64,000 nt of DNA from Coriobacteriales bacterium (lineage in GTDB: Bacteria; Actinomycetota; Coriobacteriia; Coriobacteriales; UBA8131): the NCBI GenBank assembly GCA_031263025.1, contig JAISGO010000016.1, positions 28,018 through 92,017 of the forward strand. Reading direction: 5' to 3'. The position numbers were made by a program, and so were the translations under genes. Shown here piece after piece: positions 51,650 through 60,999 of the stretch. The stretch's first letter is position 1, and each line of letters opens with the position of its first letter. The notes beneath the pieces were generated by a model. The model worked only from the letters and a program-made list of their open reading frames with translations, ran no database searches and was not told the DNA's origin.

Positions 51650-52612
51650 ATGCCTAGGGGAGGGCGCATAGCCAAGACGGCCGCAGCGGACTATCCGCAG
51701 CGTTTCGCGGCCCTGCTCGAGCGCCTGCACAAGCTCAACGATTATGCCCTGATCGATGCGGCTGGCCCCGCTGCGGTCGCGCGCTTCTTACAAGGTAACC
51801 ACCTTGGGCCAGGACGCCAAGGATATGACTTCGACCAGCTCAAGCGCCTCCCCAACCTCTTCAATTACGGCGATGTCTTCTATGACGACCATTCCTATCA
51901 CGCCAAGAAGCTGAACCGCTTCTGTCCCCTTTGCCAAATCGGCCCAGACTTGCTGGTCGGCAACTACGTTGCCTATCGCGCCATCGCCGGGGCCAACCTG
52001 ATACTTAATTTCATCCCGCTCTACAAGGGCAACAACCCCGTCAAGAGTAAACTGGTACAGAGCTTCGTCTGTTACCGGCTGCCCTGCAGTGGCCCCGACC
52101 TTGAGATCATCTATAAGCCCAACCACCTGGGCGTTTTGCTCGGCGAGTCGGGGCGGCAGCGTTACCAGGTAGGCGCCCTCTTCGACCAGACCTTTGAGGT
52201 CTGGGGGCCGCCGCGACAGGGGCTGACGGTGCAGAAACTGCTCTCACCTGATGTCCAAGAGGTGCTGCTTGACCACCCGCGTAACATCGGTATCAGCGGG
52301 TCTTTGATGACGGCGACTTTCGGTGGCGCCTTCTATGGCGGCGATGAGGGGCCGGCGATCGCCGGTCAGGTCCCCGGTGAGATCCGCGACCAGATCCTCG
52401 ACAGCGTCCTGATCTTCCAGCAGCTGCTCGAGCAGCTTGATGGCTCCTACAAGGTCGTCCATGACACCGGCCTGGCTGCGGTGCCCGAACCAGGCAGCCT
52501 CAGCCTGCGCCATTATGGACGTAAGCGCTTGCTGGCCAGCATCCTCAGCTGGTTTTTGCCAATCGTGGTGATCATCGCCCTGATCGCCCTCTACTTATGG
52601 CGCAATCCCTAG
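51650..52612 (+). CDS. Hypothetical tail-anchored protein
   Basis: 320 aa. ATG lies 3 nt after the paaK stop. Single C-terminal TM (ILSWFLPIVVIIALIALYLW). No motif recognised. Confidence 0.6.
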   Translation: MPRGGRIAKTAAADYPQRFAALLERLHKLNDYALIDAAGPAAVARFLQGNHLGPGRQGYDFDQLKRLPNLFNYGDVFYDDHSYHAKKLNRFCPLCQIGPDLLVGNYVAYRAIAGANLILNFIPLYKGNNPVKSKLVQSFVCYRLPCSGPDLEIIYKPNHLGVLLGESGRQRYQVGALFDQTFEVWGPPRQGLTVQKLLSPDVQEVLLDHPRNIGISGSLMTATFGGAFYGGDEGPAIAGQVPGEIRDQILDSVLIFQQLLEQLDGSYKVVHDTGLAAVPEPGSLSLRHYGRKRLLASILSWFLPIVVIIALIALYLWRNP

Positions 52613-52650
52613 GCCAACTACCCCATCGGGAAATAGCTAAGCTACCCATA

Positions 52651-52727
52651 GGGGACACCTTAAGACAATATGAATAGCCTAGAAACGGTTTACGAATGAG
52701 TAGGCAACTCCGAGGCTATTTAAGATG
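52651..52727. repeat. Hairpin repeat GGGGACACCTTAA...GGCTATTTAAGAT, copy 2
   Basis: See 10221-10287. Confidence 0.5.
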
Positions 52728-52730
52728 CCT

Positions 52731-52846
52731 CCGTTTTTCTGTATCAAATGAAACGTCCCTTTGATACATTCCTTTGATACATTCCTTTGATACATCTCTT
52801 TGATACATCCGTTTTTCTGTATCAAATGAAACGTCCCTTTGATACA
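52731..52846. repeat. Compound array of TGTATCAAA-family repeats
   Basis: The 38-bp unit CCGTTTTTCTGTATCAAATGAAACGTCCCTTTGATACA occurs twice (52731-52768 and 52809-52846). In between, the half site CTTTGATACAT is repeated three times (starts 52771, 52784, 52797). Confidence 0.8.
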
Positions 52847-52850
52847 CCCT

Positions 52851-53924
52851 TCAAGCGCTTGGCCGTTTCTTGAAGGCCTTGGAGAAATGGATCAGGACGG
52901 TGCCGAGCACGAAGGGCAACCAGAAGGTGATGCCACGAAAAACCAAAGCGACCGCCAAGGCGGAGACCTGGGGTACGCCGTAGAGGGTCATCACCAAGGT
53001 GATCATGGCCTCGACCACGCCGAGTCCCATAGGGGTGATCGCCACCATGGTGAAGAGCACGCAGATGACGTAGCCGGCCAAAAGCGCCGGGATGTCATGC
53101 ACGCCGAAGGCGAGGCCGGTGAGGATGAAACAGCCCAGCTCAAAGATAGAGGCAAGCACGCTCAAGCAATACACCGAGGCAGTACGGCCCTTGTGGTGGG
53201 GGAGCTCCCCGGCGCCGTCGCCTAGGGCATGCGAAGCCAGTTCGGCCCAGTCTGGCAGTTCCTTCTTACGGAACTTGCGCGAGAACCAACCGGCTACCTT
53301 CTCGATCGGGGTGAGGATGCGTTGCAGGGTGCTGGGCGATTTGTATGACAGTACCACTGCTCCCACCATTGCCCCCACCAATACCACTACGACCAAGCCG
53401 GCGAGGATCATGCCGATATTGAGCCCGCCGGAGGCGCCCAGGATAACGAAGCCGACGATCATCACCACCAAAAAGCCGGTTTCGATGCTCGACTGCATAA
53501 TCAGGCAGGCGGTGGTGGCATGCCCGGGCCGTTCGCCCCGGCGGTGGGCGTCCTCGATGAAGAGGGAATTGCCAGCGATGTTCAGCGAGGGCGCGATGGT
53601 GTTCATGAAGAAAGCCCCGAAGACCAGGGGAAAACATACCCAATGGCTCATCTCACGGTTGCCTACCGCGCGGAAAGCGAAGGAATAACCGAAGGATTGG
53701 GCGAAGTACTTGCCGATCTGGCTGATGAAAGCCAGGATGAGCAGGGGCAGGTAGCCTTGCTTCATCTTGTCCACCATCTCGAAGAAAGTGTCCCCGCGGA
53801 TCAAGATAACGCCCAGGGCTAAGATGATGATCACCCCGATGATGATGTTGCGGATTGAGCCGTGCTTCCGGCGCGGCGGCTGCTCGAGCGGCGGCTCAGG
53901 TGTTTGTGTGGGGGCTTTGCTCAA
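52851..53924 (-). CDS. Lysylphosphatidylglycerol-synthase-TM-region (flippase-like, UPF0104) membrane protein
   Basis: 357 aa, about 8 TM. N-terminal basic stretch followed by IIIGVIIILALGVILI. General resemblance to the LPG_synthase_TM family. Confidence 0.6.
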   Translation of the reverse strand: MSKAPTQTPEPPLEQPPRRKHGSIRNIIIGVIIILALGVILIRGDTFFEMVDKMKQGYLPLLILAFISQIGKYFAQSFGYSFAFRAVGNREMSHWVCFPLVFGAFFMNTIAPSLNIAGNSLFIEDAHRRGERPGHATTACLIMQSSIETGFLVVMIVGFVILGASGGLNIGMILAGLVVVVLVGAMVGAVVLSYKSPSTLQRILTPIEKVAGWFSRKFRKKELPDWAELASHALGDGAGELPHHKGRTASVYCLSVLASIFELGCFILTGLAFGVHDIPALLAGYVICVLFTMVAITPMGLGVVEAMITLVMTLYGVPQVSALAVALVFRGITFWLPFVLGTVLIHFSKAFKKRPSA

Positions 53925-53953
53925 AGTCGCCTTTCGGCAGGCTTAATGGCGGC

Positions 53954-54880
53954 TTAGGCCAGGCCCTCGAGCTGGCCTTTGATACTGGTGGCGGCAACCT
54001 TGAGCTGTTCTAGCTCGTCGGGGGCCAGATTGAGTTCGACCACGCCCTCCATGCCCTGTGCGCCCAACAGGCAGGGTACGCACATGTAAAGGCCGTCCAG
54101 CCCGTATTCGCCTTCGAGCTTGGCGCAGGTGGAGATAGTGCCTTTCGTGTCTTGGAGGATGGCCGCGACCATCTGGCAGATCGAGGCCGCCGGTGCATAG
54201 AAGGCGCTACCGGTCTTGAGCAACTCGACCACCTGGCCGCCTCCCGCCACGGTCTCGGCCCGCACCTCTGTGATCTGCTCGGGGCTCAAGATCTCACTAA
54301 GTGGCTTGCCGGCCACCTTTGCGTTCGAGACCAGGGGCACCATACCTTGGCCATGGGCTCCGACCACCATCGCTTCGACGGCGCTGGGCTCGACTTGGCA
54401 GGCTTTAGCGATAGCATACTTATAACGTGCCGTGTCAAGCGCGCCGCCCATACCCATCAAGCGCGACTTGGGCAGGCCGGAGATGTGCGCGGCCAAGTTG
54501 ACCATCACGTCGAGGGGGTTGGTGACGAAGATGAAAGTCGCGTCTGGGCTGGTCGGAAGTGCTGCGTCCAGCACGGCCTTGACGATGCCGGCGTTGACGT
54601 CGATTAGGTCCTCACGGGTCATGCCTGGCTTGCGCGGCACTCCGGCGGTTACCACCACGAGGTCGCTGCCAGCGGTCTCGGCGTAGTTGCTCGTGCCCCT
54701 GACCTCTGGCCCGAACTGCTCGTGTGAGCGCATGTGCATCAAATCTAAGGCCTTGCCCTGGGGCACGCCGTCGACCACATCCACCAAAGTGACGTCGGCG
54801 AGGCCTTTGAGCAGGATCAGTTCGGCAGTGGTGGCTCCGACGTTACCGGCACCGACTACGGTCACTTTGGGATAGGCCAT
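53954..54880 (-). CDS. mdh: Malate dehydrogenase (LDH-like MDH)
   Basis: VTVVGAGNVGAT. Substrate-loop GVPRKPGMTREDL (Arg, as in MDH, rather than the Gln of LDH). GGALDTARY and VVGAHGQGMVP. Confidence 0.85.
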   Translation of the reverse strand: MAYPKVTVVGAGNVGATTAELILLKGLADVTLVDVVDGVPQGKALDLMHMRSHEQFGPEVRGTSNYAETAGSDLVVVTAGVPRKPGMTREDLIDVNAGIVKAVLDAALPTSPDATFIFVTNPLDVMVNLAAHISGLPKSRLMGMGGALDTARYKYAIAKACQVEPSAVEAMVVGAHGQGMVPLVSNAKVAGKPLSEILSPEQITEVRAETVAGGGQVVELLKTGSAFYAPAASICQMVAAILQDTKGTISTCAKLEGEYGLDGLYMCVPCLLGAQGMEGVVELNLAPDELEQLKVAATSIKGQLEGLA

Positions 54881-55086
54881 CGCAAGACTCCTTTTGACGA
54901 GGAAAAATTAAGTTTAGTTTAGCATGTCGCCAAGTGCAGCCGTTACCATACTGGAAGCAGTTCGCGATTTTGGTCGTGTTATAATCCCCAACTGGAGGTT
55001 TTTTACAAAATACCTCGTCAATCGGGACGATTTGTGCCATTTTAGACCGCTACTCGACATATATCCTCAAGCATCGCAAGCCGGTC

Positions 55087-57201
55087 GTGATCATCTTCGC
55101 AGTGCTTGCCCTGGTCGGGGCCTTCCTTTCGCGTGGGGTGGTGGTGAACAACAACCTCGTCGACTACCTGCCAGCTTCTTCGCCCTCGACCATTTCGCTT
55201 AACACCATGAACGCCGAGTTCACTACCGGCGTGCCCAACCTCCGTATCCAGCTTAACGACGTCACTATCCCTGAGGCCCTCGATTACAAGGCCAAGCTCA
55301 AGGCCCTCCCTGGTGTCAGTGACGTTACTTGGCTGGATGATAACGTCGACATCAAGGAGCCCTTAGCCACAGACGACGCCAAGACGGTGAGCGACTACTA
55401 TAAGGTCGACCAGGCCGCCTCTACTAAGGCCCGGACGGTCGGCAACGCCATGATCAGTTTGAGCCTGGCAGACGGGGACATCGTTACCACCATGCCCCAG
55501 GTCTATGACCTGATCGGCCCCGCCAACTATGCCACCGGTGACGCCGTCAACACCTACGTCATGCATGGCCTAGCAAGCTCCCAGGTCAGCCTGGCGATGT
55601 CCATCGCCGTCCCCATCATCATCATCATCTTGGTGCTCACGACCATGTCTTGGATTGAGCCCTTACTCTATTTTGCCGCCATCGGGGTGGCTATCCTGAT
55701 CAACATGGGCTCCAACATCTTCTTCCCCGACGTCTCCTTCGTGACCAGCGCGGTCTCGCCCATCCTGCAGCTTGCCATCTCGCTCGACTACGCTATCATT
55801 CTGCTCCACGGTTACCAGCACGAGCGTGAACGCGATCCCGGTGGTGGTGCCGTGCTTTGGATGAAGCGTACCTTGGGCTCCTCCCTCTCGATTATCTTCG
55901 CTTGTGCTGCCACGGTTTTCTTCGGCTTCGCCGCGCTTTGCGTGATGCAGTTCAGAATTGGTGCAGACCTCGGCCTCAACCTCCTCAAAGGCACCATTTT
56001 CTCCTTTGTCAGCGTGGCCGTTTTCCTGCCGGCTTTGACCGTGCTCTGTGACAAACTCCTCATCAAGACCCGGCATCGGCGTCTGATCCCGCCTTTCGCC
56101 AAGGCCGGCCACTACATCATCAAGGGGCGTTGGCCGGTTCTGGTCTTGGTGGTGATCCTGGTCGTGCCCTGTTTTCTGGGCATGGGCGCGACCAATTTCA
56201 CCTACGGCTCCGGGGGGATGCCCTCCGGTACCCGGGCAGCCTCCGACGATGCCGCCATCCAAGCTGACTTCGGCCAGCAGAACGCGGTGGTCTTACTGGT
56301 GCCCAAAGGCGACGTGGCCAGGGAGCGCCAACTTGGCGACGCCCTCAAGGCCCTGCCTGATGTGACCAGTGTACTTTCCTATGCTGAGACGGTGGGCAAC
56401 ACCGTCCCCCAGCAATACGTCAGCCCAGACATCTTGAAGAACTTCTACTCGGCCCACTATGCCCGGATCATCCTGGAGACTGATACGCCCAGTGAGGGGG
56501 CTGTGGCCTTTGCCACCGTGGAGCGGATCCGTGCGACTGCCAGTCAGTATTATTCCACTGTTTACTCGACCGGTCAAAGCGTCAACCTCTATGATATCGC
56601 CCAGGTCATCCACAGTGACCACTTCTGGGTCGACCTGCTCTCCATGCTCGCGATCGCCCTGGTGATCGCGGCGATCTTCCGCAGTATCGGGATGCCTATC
56701 CTGTTGGTCTTCTCGATCGAGACCGCCATCGCCATCAACATGGCGGTGCCCTATTTCGCCGGCACCTCGATCTCCTTCATCGGTTACCTGATCATTTCCA
56801 CCGTCCAGCTGGCCTCAAGCGCTGACTATGGCTTGCTCTATACCCAGCACTATTTGCGTCGACGCCGCGAGATGCCTGCCCGTGCAGCCGCCGAGGCAGC
56901 CCACGCCACCGCCTTCCAGCCGATCATCGTGTCGGCGGCGATCTTGGCCTCGGCTGGCTTCGCCCTCTATTTCACCTCCTCTATTGACATGGTCAAGGAA
57001 ATGGGTTTGCTGCTTGGCCGGGGCACCCTGATATCACTGGTGATGATCACCTGCTTCATGCCGGGGCTGCTCGAGATCCTTGACCGGCCGATCCGCTGGA
57101 CGAGTTGGCGGCCGCGTTTCTTCGGGACGAAAGGCGCTGGCCAAGGCAACATCCCTGGCAGTAGTGGGCTTGCTCTCAGCGAGGGCTTGGCAAAGAAGTG
57201 A
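55087..57201 (+). CDS. MMPL/RND-superfamily membrane transporter
   Basis: 704 aa with two 5-6-TM bundles separated by soluble loops. The start is uncertain: the frame is open from 54985 and reads YILKHRKPV before GTG 55087, but has no canonical start codon. Confidence 0.75.
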   Translation: MIIFAVLALVGAFLSRGVVVNNNLVDYLPASSPSTISLNTMNAEFTTGVPNLRIQLNDVTIPEALDYKAKLKALPGVSDVTWLDDNVDIKEPLATDDAKTVSDYYKVDQAASTKARTVGNAMISLSLADGDIVTTMPQVYDLIGPANYATGDAVNTYVMHGLASSQVSLAMSIAVPIIIIILVLTTMSWIEPLLYFAAIGVAILINMGSNIFFPDVSFVTSAVSPILQLAISLDYAIILLHGYQHERERDPGGGAVLWMKRTLGSSLSIIFACAATVFFGFAALCVMQFRIGADLGLNLLKGTIFSFVSVAVFLPALTVLCDKLLIKTRHRRLIPPFAKAGHYIIKGRWPVLVLVVILVVPCFLGMGATNFTYGSGGMPSGTRAASDDAAIQADFGQQNAVVLLVPKGDVARERQLGDALKALPDVTSVLSYAETVGNTVPQQYVSPDILKNFYSAHYARIILETDTPSEGAVAFATVERIRATASQYYSTVYSTGQSVNLYDIAQVIHSDHFWVDLLSMLAIALVIAAIFRSIGMPILLVFSIETAIAINMAVPYFAGTSISFIGYLIISTVQLASSADYGLLYTQHYLRRRREMPARAAAEAAHATAFQPIIVSAAILASAGFALYFTSSIDMVKEMGLLLGRGTLISLVMITCFMPGLLEILDRPIRWTSWRPRFFGTKGAGQGNIPGSSGLALSEGLAKK

Positions 57202-57211
57202 AAGAAGGTGC

Positions 57212-58834
57212 ATGATGTCGCATAAACGACTGATCGGACATAGGCAGGCGGGGACTTCTGCAAAAGCTGCTGCCCAAATGGCTCCTCGACATCTGCTTTG
57301 TGTATTGTTGTTGGCCCTTGTCTTGGTCTTAAGCCTGCTCTATGTGGGTAGCGGCAAAGGCCGCAACCTAGCCGATGCCCAGACCGCTCCCGCCGGCTCT
57401 GCCCAGGCTCCCCAGCCAGCCCGGCCGACCGCCCAGGCCAGTGGCCGCCAAGAGGTCGTCTACGCCAACCTCAAAAGTGACGGCAGCTTAGACCATGCCT
57501 ATTGCGTGAATAAGCTCGAGCTCAAAGGCAAAGGCGGAGCAGTGGTCGACTACGGTGATTTCTCGGCGGTACAGAACCTCACCGATTTGACTCCGCTCAG
57601 CTTGGATGCGGCTACGGCGCAGGCCCCGGCTGGCGTTACGGTCGATACCACGGCCAAGCAGCTCTATTATCAAGGCGATTTGGTGGGTACAACCCTGCCT
57701 TGGGATTTCAGGGTCACTTACCGGCTCGACGGCAAGCCGGTCAGCGCCGATCAGTTGGCTGGCGCCAGTGGGCACCTCCAGATCGAGTTCAAATCCACCA
57801 AGAGCGACTATACCAACCAAACCTTCTACAAGAACTACGTACTCCAAACCCAGGTCACCTTGGACACTGCCAAGTGCCGCAACATCAAGGCCAAGGCGGC
57901 CCAGATGGCGGTGGCCGGCAGTAACAGCGTCGCCAGTTTCACCACTCTACCCAAGAAAGACGCTGACGACAAGATCTCGGCTGACGTGACCGATTTCGAG
58001 ATGCCCGCGATCTCGATCACGGCAGTGCCCTTCAATATGGCCTTTGACGTGGACACCTCCAGCATGACCGGCGGGTTCAGCCAATTGAGCAAGGCGGTCT
58101 CGAAGCTCGATGGCTCCGGTGACAAACTGGCTGCTGCCTCTGCTAAGATCAAGTCTGCCCTAGACACCGTCGACCATAGCCTGCAAGGGACGGACTTTGA
58201 CAGCTCGGATCTGTCCAAACTACCCGGCGCGCTTAAGACCATCGCCACCAGCCTGCGCGACCAGATTGCGGCCAATCTGCCCGACCAGGGCAGCGCTAGT
58301 CAGATGGCCGCCTTGGTCAATGCCTCCAACATCGACACGCTCGCCGGCCAGCCTGGCACTGCTGCCCAGATTGCAGGCCTGATTAGCGCCCTGCCTTCTA
58401 TGAAGGCTGGTATCGACACCGCCGCCGGCTCGCTTGACACCATGGCCGCCTCCCTCCAAGGCGCTCTCGGCAAGGTTGACATCGGCTCCGAGCTCACCGC
58501 CCTCAAAAAGGGCATGCACAGTCTGGCCAGCAATTATGCGACTTTTAACACCGGTATCCAGGCCTATATGGATGGGGTCGCCGCCCTCAACCATTCCACT
58601 GCCGACCTTCCTGCTGCGGTGCAGAAGCAAGTCGATAAGTTTATGCAGAGCTACCAAGGCGGTGACTTCAAACCGACCTCTTTTCTCTCAAGCCACAACA
58701 AACATACGACCGCTTGCCAGTTCGTGATCCAGACCGCTCAGATCAAGCTGCCTAGTGCGCCGAGCGTGGCTGCGTCGGGAAGCACCGACCAGACCAGCTT
58801 CTGGCAGCGTTTACTTAGTTTGTTCGGCCTTTAA
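57212..58834 (+). CDS. Membrane-anchored YhgE/Pip-N-terminal-like coiled-coil protein
   Basis: Start ATG 57212. One N-terminal TM (LLCVLLLALVLVLSLLYV). Repeated L..G...L..G segments (SKLDGSGDKLAAASAKIKSAL, GSLDTMAASLQGALGKV, LKKGMHSLASNYATFNTGIQAYMDG) as in YhgE/Pip proteins, but without their C-terminal TM bundle. Confidence 0.55.
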   Translation: MMSHKRLIGHRQAGTSAKAAAQMAPRHLLCVLLLALVLVLSLLYVGSGKGRNLADAQTAPAGSAQAPQPARPTAQASGRQEVVYANLKSDGSLDHAYCVNKLELKGKGGAVVDYGDFSAVQNLTDLTPLSLDAATAQAPAGVTVDTTAKQLYYQGDLVGTTLPWDFRVTYRLDGKPVSADQLAGASGHLQIEFKSTKSDYTNQTFYKNYVLQTQVTLDTAKCRNIKAKAAQMAVAGSNSVASFTTLPKKDADDKISADVTDFEMPAISITAVPFNMAFDVDTSSMTGGFSQLSKAVSKLDGSGDKLAAASAKIKSALDTVDHSLQGTDFDSSDLSKLPGALKTIATSLRDQIAANLPDQGSASQMAALVNASNIDTLAGQPGTAAQIAGLISALPSMKAGIDTAAGSLDTMAASLQGALGKVDIGSELTALKKGMHSLASNYATFNTGIQAYMDGVAALNHSTADLPAAVQKQVDKFMQSYQGGDFKPTSFLSSHNKHTTACQFVIQTAQIKLPSAPSVAASGSTDQTSFWQRLLSLFGL

Positions 58835-59032
58835 AAAGGGCGATGGGCAGTTTTGCCCAACTGAAAAAGTTGTCCCTTTTGCGCTGAGAATAATTTTCAA
58901 ATGAGTATAATCGAGGCGTGCAGAACATTCTGAAAGAATTCGGCATCAAACCTAGACAAACTGGTCGGGCAGGAATCGGGCGGCACTTAGCTTCACCACG
59001 CCCACCTTTCCTCGCCGCTCAGGGGCCTGCGC

Positions 59033-60055
59033 ATGACTAAGGCTCCGCCACTGGTCAAGATCGGCCTTGCCCTTACCTTGGTCGTCCTCTTCTTTCTTTC
59101 CTTCTTCCTGGGCCGCTATTCGGTCGACCCGATCACCCTGCTGCAGGGGCTCTTCAATCATTTCTTCAATCCGGCGGCGGTCGCCTCAGGTAGCTCTGGT
59201 TATGCCCTCGATCATGTCATCTTTAATATCCGTCTGCCCCGTATCCTGCTCGTCATCTTGGTCGGGGCGGCTTTGGCCTCGGCGGGGGCGTCGCTTCAGG
59301 GGATGTTCCGCAATCCTCTGGTCTCGCCTGACCTGCTCGGAGCATCGGCCGGGGCCAGCCTCGGTGCCTGTGTTTCGATGCTGCTCGGGCTGCCCACTTG
59401 GGCCCTGCCCCTCTGCGCTTTCGCCGGCGGCCTGATCGCGGTAGCGGCGGCGGTCTGGTTCGGCCGCATGGTGCGCTACGACCCGACCCTCTCGCTGGTG
59501 CTGGGCGGCATTCTTATCTCCACCCTCTTCCAGGCCGGCGTCTCCCTGACCAAATACCTGGCCGACCCCACCGATCAACTGCCCAACCTCACTTTTTGGC
59601 TGATGGGCGGCGTCTCCCAGGTCGGTCAGCGCGACCTGGTAATCGCCATCATTCCGCTGCTGCTCGGCTTCGTGGTGCTTTTCCTGCAAAGCTGGAAACT
59701 CAACGTGATGAGCTTCGGTGATGAGGAGGCACAGGCCATGGGGGTCAACGTGCGCCGTACCCGGGTGTTAGTGATCCTTGCCTCGACTTTGCTGGCTTCG
59801 ATTAGCGTGGCCGTTTCCGGCATCATCGGTTGGATCGGCCTGGTCATCCCGCATTTTGCCCGTGCCATCGTCGGTCCCAACTACAAGGCTTTGCTACCGG
59901 CTTCGCTTCTGATCGGGGGAAGTTTTCTGCTCGTGGTAGATGACGTTGCTAGGCTGGTCTCGGCGGTGGAGGTACCGGTCGGTATCCTCACCGCCATCGT
60001 CGGGGTGCCCTTCTTCATCGTCATCTTCCGCCGCAACATGAAGGGTTGGAGCTGA
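59033..60055 (+). CDS. FecCD-family ABC transporter permease (iron-siderophore/cobalamin type)
   Basis: 340 aa, about 9-10 TM. IRLPRILL.ILVGAALA.AGA.LQG.FRNPLVSPDLLG is the FecCD signature region. Confidence 0.85.
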   Translation: MTKAPPLVKIGLALTLVVLFFLSFFLGRYSVDPITLLQGLFNHFFNPAAVASGSSGYALDHVIFNIRLPRILLVILVGAALASAGASLQGMFRNPLVSPDLLGASAGASLGACVSMLLGLPTWALPLCAFAGGLIAVAAAVWFGRMVRYDPTLSLVLGGILISTLFQAGVSLTKYLADPTDQLPNLTFWLMGGVSQVGQRDLVIAIIPLLLGFVVLFLQSWKLNVMSFGDEEAQAMGVNVRRTRVLVILASTLLASISVAVSGIIGWIGLVIPHFARAIVGPNYKALLPASLLIGGSFLLVVDDVARLVSAVEVPVGILTAIVGVPFFIVIFRRNMKGWS

Positions 60056-60999
60056 TGGTAGCACCACATCAAGTTATACAGGAAGGGGGGCACCCTATAG
60101 ACTGTCCCCCGGAGCAGCTCCCGCTCCTACGGGTCAGAGGGCTCAAAGCTGGCTACCGCAAGCATGAGATCGTGCATGGGATTGACTTCGAGCTTGACCA
60201 GGGTGAGTTCGTCTGCATCATCGGCGCCAACGGCTGCGGCAAGACCACTACGCTGAAGACCCTGCTCGGCCTCTTGCCTAAACTCGCCGGTACGGTCAAG
60301 GTGGCCGGACAGGACACCGCCGGCATGCCGGCGCGCGAGCTTGCCCGCCAGTTCGCCTATATTCCCCAGGCCTCGCCGCCGCCCTTTCCCTTTACGGTGG
60401 GCGACGTGGTCATCCTCGGCCGTACTCCCTACCTTAACCGCCTCTCACAGGTGAGCGCCGCCGATCGCGAAGCTGCCCGCACGGCCTTGGCCACCCTCGG
60501 TATCGAGGCCCTGATCGAGCGCACCTACACCCACCTCTCCGGCGGCCAGCGCCAGTTGGTCTTGATTGCCCGAGCGCTCGCCCAGTCAGCCAAGCTCCTG
60601 GTCATGGACGAACCCACCGCCTCGCTTGACTTTGGCAACCAACAAACCGTGCTCACCCGCTTGCGTGACCTCGCAGACCTTGGCACCAGCGTCTTGATGG
60701 TCACCCATGACCCGGCTCATGCTTTCTTCTGCGCCGATCGGGTGATTGTGATGGACGCTGGCCTGATCGTCGCCGACGGCGCCCCCGGCGACGTCATCAC
60801 CACCCAGACCATGCGCCAGATCTATGACATCGAGGTCGAGGTTAAGCGGGTCACGGTGGCGGACGGTCAGCGCGAGCATGTCTGTATTCCCATTCGCGGT
60901 CATCTGCGTGAGGCGCAGACCGCGGGCGAGATAGCAAGGGATAAGGTACAAAAGGCAAGCCCAGATACGGTCTTGCCCCAAGGAAAGGAGGACCGGTGA
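60055..60999 (+). CDS. ABC transporter ATP-binding protein
   Basis: Walker A GANGCGKTT, signature LSGGQRQ, Walker B LLVMDEPT. ATG 60055 overlaps the permease stop. The N-terminal 20 codons contain a degenerate GGGGACAC palindrome. Confidence 0.85.
   Translation: MVAPHQVIQEGGHPIDCPPEQLPLLRVRGLKAGYRKHEIVHGIDFELDQGEFVCIIGANGCGKTTTLKTLLGLLPKLAGTVKVAGQDTAGMPARELARQFAYIPQASPPPFPFTVGDVVILGRTPYLNRLSQVSAADREAARTALATLGIEALIERTYTHLSGGQRQLVLIARALAQSAKLLVMDEPTASLDFGNQQTVLTRLRDLADLGTSVLMVTHDPAHAFFCADRVIVMDAGLIVADGAPGDVITTQTMRQIYDIEVEVKRVTVADGQREHVCIPIRGHLREAQTAGEIARDKVQKASPDTVLPQGKEDR
60085..60110. repeat. Degenerate GGGGACAC palindrome inside the 5' end of the ABC ATPase ORF
   Basis: GGGGGGCACCCTATAGACTGTCCCCC, compared with GGGGACACCCTATAGAGTGTCCCC at 38236-38259 and 62261-62284. 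Confidence 0.4.

Noticed and set aside
52731-52846. Possible CRISPR array (regularly spaced short repeats); also considered for 43355-43467
   Set aside because: The repeats are palindromic 29-mers in both orientations, or 13-bp-period half sites. The spacers are far too short or irregular, there are no cas genes, and the same repeat is dispersed singly through the window. This is REP/REPIN-like, not CRISPR.
58835-59032. Cobalamin riboswitch upstream of the FecCD-type ABC operon
   Set aside because: No B12-box-like GCCACTG core or the surrounding conserved stems are visible. An Rfam scan would be needed for a definitive answer.
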